Virus record (IMG/VR): IMGVR_UViG_3300044513_000021
Span: 1-26,802 of that record
Strand: one strand, 5' to 3'
DNA length: 26,802 nt
From: a virus
Taxonomy: Duplodnaviria; Caudoviricetes
Below are positions 1 to 5,683 of the stretch, piece after piece. Every line of letters begins with the position of its first letter. Position 1 is the first letter of the stretch. Made by a program: the position numbers and the translations under genes. The notes under the pieces are model-generated. The model saw nothing but the letters and a program-made list of their open reading frames with translations. It did not search any database and had not been told where the DNA came from.

Positions 1-1
1 T

Positions 2-406
2 GATCGTATCGCTTCAGCAAGGCTGAAAGACTGCGGCATTGCTGGTATCGACAAACGGCGTAGAAGCGAAGCCATGTGGTTTGTACAGAATGAGACAGCT
101 TGCCGTGACTTCATTGCTAACAGCAAAAAGGGTTTCACTAGCCTTACAGCTTTACAAGCTGCTATGAAGCCAAAGGCTGCCCCAAAGCCGAAGGCTGATA
201 CAGAGACACCTACTGGCAGCGAAGCTGAAGACAAGTCCAATGTTGGACTAGACAGCGAAGCTGATAAGGCTGATCCAAAGTCACCAAGCGACATTGCCTT
301 GGATGCCTTGGTACAATGTGAGATGAATGGCATTGCCATTAAAGATTTCATGCTTGCTCTTAAAGAGCAGTTGGAAATGCTTGACGAAACAAAGGTGGCA
401 GCGTAA
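2..406 (+). CDS. Hypothetical early phage protein, 5'-truncated by the window edge
   Basis: The frame is open from base 2 (DRIASARLKDCGIAGIDKRRRSEAMWF...) through the ATG at 74 to TAA at 404-406. It has a K/A/P- and E/D-rich linker. Confidence 0.75.
   Translation, partial: DRIASARLKDCGIAGIDKRRRSEAMWFVQNETACRDFIANSKKGFTSLTALQAAMKPKAAPKPKADTETPTGSEAEDKSNVGLDSEADKADPKSPSDIALDALVQCEMNGIAIKDFMLALKEQLEMLDETKVAA
234..249. repeat. 16-bp palindrome AGTCCAATGTTGGACT, copy 1 (inside CDS)
   Basis: AGTCCAA/TTGGACT arms with central TG; identical to copies at 889, 2221 and 2706. Confidence 0.95.
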
Positions 407-415
407 GCTGTCACT
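394..415 (+). terminator. Stem-loop GGTGGCAGC-GTAA-GCTGTCACT over the stop codon; possible terminator or stabilising hairpin
   Basis: 9-bp stem with G-U pairs and a GNRA loop. The U-tract is weak (CTAACCTTTCAATTT). Confidence 0.4.
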
Positions 416-427
416 CTAACCTTTCAA

Positions 428-447
428 TTTACGGAGTAAATGATATG
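428..447 (+). repeat. 20-bp repeat TTTACGGAGTAAATGATATG containing RBS and start codon, copy 1
   Basis: Exact match to 1412-1431. Confidence 0.9.
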
Positions 448-618
448 TCACAAACACTTACACTTATGCTCATTGGCCTTGGCATGGCAATCCTATGGTT
501 TTTCGTTTCCTTTGTGCTTATGTATGGCGGTCACGAAACTGCATCAGCCCTTGCGCTTGGTTTCTCTGCCTTGTCAATGGTTGGCTTCATCCTTTCATTT
601 GCTACACAAGGGGAATAA
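445..618 (+). CDS. Small two-TM membrane protein, 57 aa (MSQTLTLMLIGLGMAILWFFVSFVLMYGGHETASALALGFSALSMVGFILSFATQGE)
   Basis: Translated by hand and absent from the ORF track. GGAG RBS at 433-436; two hydrophobic segments. Confidence 0.75.
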   Translation: MSQTLTLMLIGLGMAILWFFVSFVLMYGGHETASALALGFSALSMVGFILSFATQGE

Positions 619-622
619 TCAC

Positions 623-826
623 ATGGCTAAACGTGGTGCAATCATTGACCTAGGCCGTCACAAGGTGGTGCGTTCACAATTCTCTGGAATTGTCATACAT
701 GATGAGCAGATGGATGACCAAGCGTTGTCCGTATATCATACAGGACAAGCTGATGCTTGTTTAGCTGAATACAAAAAGGCTATTGACAAGCAAGCTGCCT
801 TGGATATACTAGCTGAATTGCTTTAG
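623..826 (+). CDS. Hypothetical protein, 67 aa (MAKRGAIIDLGRHK...)
   Basis: C-terminal part of track ORF 440..826; AAGGGG RBS precedes the ATG at 623. Confidence 0.7.
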   Translation: MAKRGAIIDLGRHKVVRSQFSGIVIHDEQMDDQALSVYHTGQADACLAEYKKAIDKQAALDILAELL

Positions 827-904
827 TGTATAACGTAATACATACTGATACTTTAGTGAAGTATGTATTACTTATATAACACTTAACTAGTCCAATGTTG
901 GACT
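825..904. promoter_or_regulatory. Composite element 1: AT-rich inverted repeat with loop GATACTTTAGTGA, then palindrome copy 2 (889-904)
   Basis: GTAATACATACT (835-846) pairs perfectly with AGTATGTATTAC (860-871). Loop is 847-859; the element is intergenic. Confidence 0.75.
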
Positions 905-924
905 TAACCAAACGGAGTTTGAAT

Positions 925-1209
925 ATGGCTAGAAAATGTGCTTGTTGTGATACGCCGTATACTCACATTGACCTGTTCTATGTGGATAGTGCAGATGACT
1001 ATTATTGCGGTTTTTGTCATGCTGAAACCTTTTACTTTGCCGATTATGATGAAGGCTATCAAATGGCAAGGCGTGACATTGATTACAACATATATGATGC
1101 TGAAGCATCCGTCATGTCATTTGAGGGTGATCCACCGGATTGCCCTAGGCATTGGGGCTATTTGCAAGCATGTATTCACGAAGTGGAAAAGAAAAATGCA
1201 AACAGATAA
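925..1209 (+). CDS. Acidic hypothetical protein with N-terminal Cys-rich (CxxC...CxxC) zinc-binding motif
   Basis: GGAG RBS then ATG at 925; MARKCACCD...YCGFCH; rich in D and Y. Confidence 0.7.
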   Translation: MARKCACCDTPYTHIDLFYVDSADDYYCGFCHAETFYFADYDEGYQMARRDIDYNIYDAEASVMSFEGDPPDCPRHWGYLQACIHEVEKKNANR

Positions 1210-1423
1210 GATTATTATCTTGCAAGGCAAGACTAGACACGGCAAGAATCGTGTCAATGAGCATGGTAAATTGTGGCAGGTGTTGGCTTTGCCAGACAGA
1301 ACACCAGCATGGCCTAGTGGGTCACTGCGCTTGCAATCCATCCAGACAGGTGATATACGCTGGATGACTGATGACTTTGAAATTATAACTACGTTCCCAA
1401 TGGAACCACCTTTTACGGAGTAA
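1196..1423 (+). CDS. Phage hypothetical protein, 75 aa (MQTDKIIILQGKTRHGKNRVNEHG...)
   Basis: C-terminal part of track ORF 938..1423. It overlaps the previous stop and ends at the next RBS. Confidence 0.7.
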   Translation: MQTDKIIILQGKTRHGKNRVNEHGKLWQVLALPDRTPAWPSGSLRLQSIQTGDIRWMTDDFEIITTFPMEPPFTE

Positions 1424-1431
1424 ATGATATG
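1412..1431 (+). repeat. 20-bp repeat TTTACGGAGTAAATGATATG, copy 2
   Basis: Exact match to 428-447; supplies the RBS and ATG of 1429..2142. Confidence 0.9.
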
Positions 1432-2142
1432 ACTTACCAAATCTTAGGCGTTGGCAATAATGCGAAGACAATCAAGGGTGATGGTTCTGAATACATGACA
1501 GCTATTCGCTATCTCAAGCCATTCAAGACCATGTTCAAAGGCAAGGTGCATAACCTATGTGCTATGGCTGAGACAGCCAAGTGCCATGAAGGTTGCCTGT
1601 TTACAGCAGGGCGTGGTGCTATGAGTACAGTGCAGCGTGGTCGTGAACGCAAGACCATGTGGCTCTTGTCTGATGCCATTGGCTTCTATGATGCCTTGAA
1701 CAAAGACATTGAGACATTCATTCGCCGCCAACTAAAGAATGGCATCAAGCCGTGTATCCGTCTAGGTGGTACAGATGACAAGGGTGACGCTATGAAGCTG
1801 GCACCACTCTATCCTGATGCACAATTCTATGATTACACAAAGGTAATCAAACGTGCTTATCAGGAATTGCCGGATAACTATCACATCACCTTGTCATACA
1901 GCGAAGCTGATATGAAGTATGCTGATGAGGTGGTCATGGCTGTGGTCAAGACAGGTGTAAACATGGCGGTTGTATTCCGTAACAAGCTGCCTGAGACATT
2001 CCGTGGCTTGCAGGTAATTGATGGCGATAAGGATGACCTACGATTCCTTGACCCGAAGGGTGTAGTCGTTGGCTTGATTGCCAAAGGCAGAGCCAAGCAC
2101 GATGACAGTGGGTTTGTAATCGACACTGATGGACGGTTCTAA
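1429..2142 (+). CDS. GP88-like phage protein with Cx7Cx3C motif (possible Fe-S/radical-SAM-like fold)
   Basis: N-terminal NAKTIKG, CAMAETAKCHEGCLFTAGRG, IRLGGTDD, QFYDYTK and DGDKDDLRFLDPKGVVVGL.AKG motifs, which I recognise from this phage family. Confidence 0.7.
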   Translation: MTYQILGVGNNAKTIKGDGSEYMTAIRYLKPFKTMFKGKVHNLCAMAETAKCHEGCLFTAGRGAMSTVQRGRERKTMWLLSDAIGFYDALNKDIETFIRRQLKNGIKPCIRLGGTDDKGDAMKLAPLYPDAQFYDYTKVIKRAYQELPDNYHITLSYSEADMKYADEVVMAVVKTGVNMAVVFRNKLPETFRGLQVIDGDKDDLRFLDPKGVVVGLIAKGRAKHDDSGFVIDTDGRF

Positions 2143-2151
2143 ACTTCTTAT

Positions 2152-2236
2152 GTATATCTTATGTAAAATATTACTTGATACTTTAGTGAAAGTAATATAT
2201 TTACTTAGATATACTAGACAAGTCCAATGTTGGACT
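2152..2236. promoter_or_regulatory. Composite element 2: AT-rich inverted repeat with loop GATACTTTAGTGA, then palindrome copy 3 (2221-2236) abutting an RBS
   Basis: ATATTACTT (2168-2176)/AAGTAATAT (2190-2198), GTAAA/TTTAC and GTATATCT/AGATATAC pair. Loop is 2177-2189; AAGGAG follows the palindrome. Confidence 0.75.
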
Positions 2237-2249
2237 AAGGAGTTTAACA

Positions 2250-2420
2250 ATGCGGATTAAACCTATCAACCCTGTGGCGAAGGCAGTGGCACAGTCACGC
2301 CGCAGGACACAAGCTGTGCCAGATAAAACCAAGTACAATCGTAATAAGGACAAAGACAATGCAAATAAAAGTCGAGAAAATGAAGTCACTCAAAGCGAAA
2401 CCCCGCAAAGCAAAGCGTGA
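2250..2420 (+). CDS. Small basic protein, 56 aa (MRIKPINPVAKAVAQSRRRTQAVPDKTKYNRNK...), ArfA-like pattern
   Basis: Translated by hand; strong AAGGAG RBS; NPVAK...DKTKYNR pattern. Confidence 0.65.
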   Translation: MRIKPINPVAKAVAQSRRRTQAVPDKTKYNRNKDKDNANKSRENEVTQSETPQSKA

Positions 2421-2490
2421 TGATTGGAAGCGTAACCGCAAGGCAATGCGTATGGCTAAACATACAGTACAGGAGAAAATGTATGGGTAA
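2359..2490 (+). CDS. Small very basic protein, 43 aa (MQIKVEKMKSLKAKPRKAKRDDWKRNRKAMRMAKHTVQEKMYG)
   Basis: Translated by hand; AAGGA RBS; overlaps both neighbouring genes. Confidence 0.55.
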   Translation: MQIKVEKMKSLKAKPRKAKRDDWKRNRKAMRMAKHTVQEKMYG

Positions 2491-2752
2491 CTTAACTTGG
2501 AATGAAGTAGCACAGACAGAGACAGACAAGCGTTACATGAGTATGTATGGCCTGTCACAGCTAGACATGGAAGATATGCTGCATGAAGATATGCCTTGTA
2601 TGCTGGCTATGTCCATCCTGTCTGATGCACAACACGTTATGTCATATGACCAAGAACAAGCACGACAGTTTATCAATCGTGCCAAGTATGTCATAAGACA
2701 TATTAAGTCCAATGTTGGACTAACCCCGACTACTAACACAAAAACCAACTAA
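2483..2752 (+). CDS. Hypothetical protein, 89 aa (MGNLTWNEVAQ...)
   Basis: AGGAG RBS at 2471; C-terminal part of track ORF 2417..2752; contains MSILSDAQH...ARQFINRAKY. Confidence 0.75.
   Translation: MGNLTWNEVAQTETDKRYMSMYGLSQLDMEDMLHEDMPCMLAMSILSDAQHVMSYDQEQARQFINRAKYVIRHIKSNVGLTPTTNTKTN
2706..2721. repeat. 16-bp palindrome AGTCCAATGTTGGACT, copy 4 (3' end of CDS)
   Basis: Exact match to the other three copies. Confidence 0.95.
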
Positions 2753-2765
2753 AGGAGATTATATC

Positions 2766-3146
2766 ATGGCTATCAAAACTGTAACATTTCACCAGCGTTC
2801 AACAGGTATGACAGGACAGGTGCTTGCATCACCACAGGTAGAAGCAAAGCTGTCTAAGGTAGAGGCATTGTATGCTAAGTATCACGGCGTTAAACTAGGC
2901 CGCTACAAGTTATACAAAGAGGTGCTATCACTATCTCGTCAGGTCAAAGCTGAAAGCGGTGGCTATCTGCAGTATGATGCACAAGCTATTGCTGGCAAGC
3001 TGCTCGACACTATGCACAAGCAACTGGGTGCAGCCATCCGTGCTAAGTCAGATACCCCTATCGGTATCAAGCTTGGCTCGTATGAGGTAGGCAATCTGCG
3101 TGACCTTGCTCGTCAGGGTCGTGGCAAAGCACGGAAGGTGGCTTAA
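2766..3146 (+). CDS. Basic hypothetical protein, 126 aa
   Basis: AAAGGAG RBS; full ORF; K/R-rich. Confidence 0.8.
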   Translation: MAIKTVTFHQRSTGMTGQVLASPQVEAKLSKVEALYAKYHGVKLGRYKLYKEVLSLSRQVKAESGGYLQYDAQAIAGKLLDTMHKQLGAAIRAKSDTPIGIKLGSYEVGNLRDLARQGRGKARKVA

Positions 3147-3147
3147 C

Positions 3148-3333
3148 ATGACAACATGGCACGTTGGAATGACCGTAGGTGGTGAAACAGCAACTCTGAG
3201 TGTGGATACGTCCATGCTCAGAGACAATGCAACATGGGAAGATGCAGTCAATACCTGCTTTGACATGGCACAGGTGTTACATCCTGATGCTGAACTTGAG
3301 TTTAATTTCATCAAAGAGTTTGATACTGTATAA
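3148..3333 (+). CDS. Hypothetical protein, 61 aa (MTTWHVGMTVGG...)
   Basis: ATG 1 nt after the previous stop; GGAAGG upstream. Confidence 0.7.
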   Translation: MTTWHVGMTVGGETATLSVDTSMLRDNATWEDAVNTCFDMAQVLHPDAELEFNFIKEFDTV

Positions 3334-3338
3334 ATATA

Positions 3339-3570
3339 CTCTAGTGTAGTGACAGTCTGAATAAGAAGGACTCACTAGGGAAGCGTAGCTAGGTGAAGTT
3401 TCAGTACGATAGTACTACTAGTAAACTGCCTAGCCATGCGAACTGAAGGCCTAACAGTATAAACACAGGGTCACGTGACTTTGGGGTGGAAGATGCGTGT
3501 AAATGGTCAGTGTGCAACCCCCACACCATTGGTGTGACAGACCACCTAGGCATGTGCAAAAACTGCCTAC
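3339..3570 (+). ncRNA. Candidate structured RNA or leader of unknown family
   Basis: Longest non-coding gap in the window, filled with nested inverted repeats and ending in an H-type pseudoknot-like element. The strand is assumed from the flanking genes. Confidence 0.4.
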
Positions 3571-3599
3571 CCTATTAACTTATGCAATGGAGAATTAAT

Positions 3600-3818
3600 A
3601 TGTCTGCTAGAGGTAAGTACACAGTATGTGTATCAGTAAGTGTACAACGTGAGGTGGTTGTATTAGCTGATGATTTTGATGAGGCTGAACAGGCAGCAAT
3701 GCGTGAGGTAGTCAACCTAGTCGGTGGCACTAACCCTCGTGTCGTGTCAGCTATGGAAGGCACGACTGACTGGCCTATGGATAAGGAGATTGATGACAAT
3801 GGAAGAACTACCACTTGA
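3600..3818 (+). CDS. Hypothetical protein, 72 aa (MSARGKYTVCVSVSVQREVVV...)
   Basis: GGAG RBS before the ATG at 3600; V.A.D.DEAEQ.A pattern common in small phage proteins. Confidence 0.7.
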   Translation: MSARGKYTVCVSVSVQREVVVLADDFDEAEQAAMREVVNLVGGTNPRVVSAMEGTTDWPMDKEIDDNGRTTT

Positions 3819-3963
3819 CCATGAGCCTAGTCTTGAGCATTGGGCTAAGTGTATTGCCGATGATGACATAGCTACAGGCTATCATACTAATTGGGACTAT
3901 GCTTATGAACAGGCGTGGCACTCGTTAGATGCTGAGTATAATTACAACTACGAATATCAATAG
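3799..3963 (+). CDS. Small acidic/aromatic protein (MEELPLDHEPSLEHWAK...)
   Basis: AAGGAG RBS; alternative start at 3793. Confidence 0.7.
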   Translation: MEELPLDHEPSLEHWAKCIADDDIATGYHTNWDYAYEQAWHSLDAEYNYNYEYQ

Positions 3964-3973
3964 GAGATTGATG

Positions 3974-4177
3974 ATGATTGACCCAAACAAAACCTATGGC
4001 ACACTCGTATGGGATATGACTATAGCTGTATGGGATGATGACGCAGATGACTATGTTCGTAATGACGATGGCAGCATCAAGCTGTTCGACATACCAAACT
4101 ATGACTACTCATACATCTGTGATGGCATAGATGTAGATGACTTACATGAACGTGATGAAGGGGGTACTTACACATGA
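3974..4177 (+). CDS. Small acidic protein, paralog A (DDYVRNDDG family)
   Basis: AGGAG RBS; aligns end to end with 4585..4797. Confidence 0.8.
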   Translation: MIDPNKTYGTLVWDMTIAVWDDDADDYVRNDDGSIKLFDIPNYDYSYICDGIDVDDLHERDEGGTYT

Positions 4178-4332
4178 ACTGCTGGCACTGTAAAGACACA
4201 GAACTAATCTGGGGTAATGACCATGATATCAACCCTGATGACCATCGTGGTGATGAGTTTAGCATGGTCACGATACTGACTTGCCCTAAGTGTGACAGCA
4301 TGGTAGAAGTGTTCTATCCTGTGGAGTGGTAA
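4174..4332 (+). CDS. Zinc-ribbon protein, 52 aa (MNCWHCKDTELIWGNDHD...LTCPKCDSMVEVFYPVEW)
   Basis: Translated by hand; ATGA overlap with the upstream gene; two CxxC motifs. Confidence 0.8.
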   Translation: MNCWHCKDTELIWGNDHDINPDDHRGDEFSMVTILTCPKCDSMVEVFYPVEW

Positions 4333-4338
4333 AGGAGA

Positions 4339-4572
4339 ATGAAGATGACTGAACAACAGATATTTGCTAGACTGTCTGGGCATTTCCTATGCCAACACCT
4401 GCCTGATGATTGGGCAGACTGGCCTGAAGAAAAACTGGATAAGTTTTTTGAAGACAATGCATGGGAACCGCTAGAGTATTGGCCTGTCAATGATGTTTAT
4501 GAATTGATTGACAGCCTGACTAGGGATGTGATGAACCTGATGGGCGTTGATGGTACTGACCAACTGCTGTAA
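4339..4572 (+). CDS. Small acidic protein, 77 aa
   Basis: AAAGGAG RBS; rich in D, E and W. Confidence 0.75.
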   Translation: MKMTEQQIFARLSGHFLCQHLPDDWADWPEEKLDKFFEDNAWEPLEYWPVNDVYELIDSLTRDVMNLMGVDGTDQLL

Positions 4573-4584
4573 AGGAGATTGACG

Positions 4585-4797
4585 ATGATTAACTTTGACC
4601 CCGACAAAGCATACACAGTAGGTGTATGGGATATGCCTATGTATGTATATGACCATGATGAAGACGACTATGTGCGTAATGATGACGGCACTGTTGCCTT
4701 ATTCAACCTACCGCACTACGACTATTCCTACATTGGTGATGATACTGATGTAAACACACTAGAACTGCGTGACAAAGGAGATGATTACGATGGCTAA
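4585..4797 (+). CDS. Small acidic protein, paralog B (DDYVRNDDG family)
   Basis: AAAGGAG RBS; paralog of 3974..4177. Confidence 0.8.
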   Translation: MINFDPDKAYTVGVWDMPMYVYDHDEDDYVRNDDGTVALFNLPHYDYSYIGDDTDVNTLELRDKGDDYDG

Positions 4798-4993
4798 AAC
4801 AGACACAATATGGATACAACTGACACGCACAGAGGCTAACGCCTTGATGGTGATGCTAGATGCTGAGATGGAGAACACCCACGATGTGTGTGGTATTGAC
4901 CTCAACGATTGGGAAACGCTAGACCTAGAAGCATACAAGCTACTAGCTTTCCATAAGTTCAAGACATGGTATTGGGAGAATTGTAATGAATAG
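4790..4993 (+). CDS. Hypothetical acidic protein (MAKTDTIWIQLTRTEANAL...)
   Basis: AAAGGAG RBS; overlaps the previous stop. Confidence 0.7.
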   Translation: MAKTDTIWIQLTRTEANALMVMLDAEMENTHDVCGIDLNDWETLDLEAYKLLAFHKFKTWYWENCNE

Positions 4994-5156
4994 TAATGAA
5001 ATCAAAGGGATACAGTTATCCCAAGCAGTCAAGTGGAGTGGGCAAGACATCTTTGAGGTTGCATCTGCTGCCTTTGAGGATGCCAACTACCACAGTTTCA
5101 ACGAGGTATTTTATGCCGCATGGACTGAGTTCCAGAAGGAGTACAACGATGGCTAA
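4986..5156 (+). CDS. Hypothetical protein, 56 aa (MNSNEIKGIQLSQAVKWSGQDIFEVASAAFEDANYH...)
   Basis: Translated by hand; GGGAG RBS; fills the gap with 8-nt overlaps on both sides. Confidence 0.7.
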   Translation: MNSNEIKGIQLSQAVKWSGQDIFEVASAAFEDANYHSFNEVFYAAWTEFQKEYNDG

Positions 5157-5418
5157 AAAGTATGAGAACATGACAGACAAAGAACGTAGGGCTTATTGGG
5201 AAAAGCAACACGCTGCTGAGAAGAAGAAGCGCAGGCAGTTAGCAGACCAAGTGCCTGCATCCTTACTGGCTCTAGTGAAAGAGTTGGAAAGTGTAGCACA
5301 GGACATGGCACGGCAAGGCTTGTATGAGGGTGGTGTACGTTACATATACTGTGACACCTTCCATGAACTAGAACGCAAGGCTGATTCAGTCCGGCGGGAG
5401 TTCTGCTTAGATGACTAG
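5149..5418 (+). CDS. Hypothetical helical protein, 89 aa (MAKKYENMTDKERR...)
   Basis: AAGGAG RBS; C-terminal part of track ORF 4996..5418. Confidence 0.75.
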   Translation: MAKKYENMTDKERRAYWEKQHAAEKKKRRQLADQVPASLLALVKELESVAQDMARQGLYEGGVRYIYCDTFHELERKADSVRREFCLDD

Positions 5419-5650
5419 TCAATACCAGATAATAGGACAGCATAGCTGTGTCTATTGTGAGTTGGCCTGTGCCAGACTAGAGGACTTAGACATCCCCTAT
5501 AAGTACAGGTCACTCAACCCTAGGCTCAAGCGGTTCCTGCGTAGGCGTGGATACACTACAGTGCCACAGATATGGCGTGACGGTATACACATTGGGGGCT
5601 ACAATGAATTGGTAAAACACCTTGACAAACTATATAGTAAGGGTGTATAA
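5411..5650 (+). CDS. grx: Glutaredoxin
   Basis: CVYC active site, TVPQI cis-Pro motif and HIGGY motif. Confidence 0.9.
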   Translation: MTSQYQIIGQHSCVYCELACARLEDLDIPYKYRSLNPRLKRFLRRRGYTTVPQIWRDGIHIGGYNELVKHLDKLYSKGV

Positions 5651-5651
5651 C
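5622..5651 (+). promoter_or_regulatory. Sigma70-like promoter TTGACA-N18-TATAAC; -10 overlapped by inverted repeat GTGTATA-AC-TATACAC
   Basis: Perfect -35 hexamer; lies just upstream of the RBS of 5684..6508. Confidence 0.6.
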
Positions 5652-5683
5652 TATACACTTATTAACAATGAAGGAGAATACAT

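Noticed and set aside
440-826. Track ORF of 128 aa
   Set aside because: Better explained as two genes, 445..618 (different frame) and 623..826, each with its own RBS.
938-1195. N-terminal extension of track ORF 938..1423; similarly 4996..5148 and 2417..2482
   Set aside because: These extensions overlap better-supported genes in other frames, and downstream starts have proper RBSs.
234-2721. Repeated palindromes as a CRISPR array, with the Cas4-like gene as a cas locus
   Set aside because: Spacing is 485-1332 bp with whole genes in between, and there are no cas1/cas2 or effector genes. Stand-alone Cas4-like exonucleases are normal in phage replication modules.
3336-3347. ATACTCTAGTG as a third copy of the conserved hairpin loop
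   Set aside because: It has a mismatch, lacks the flanking inverted repeat and is not followed by the palindrome.
3361-3381. GACTCACTAGGG resembles the T7 promoter core
   Set aside because: Single imperfect copy, no RNA polymerase gene in the window, and the bases are used in a hairpin.
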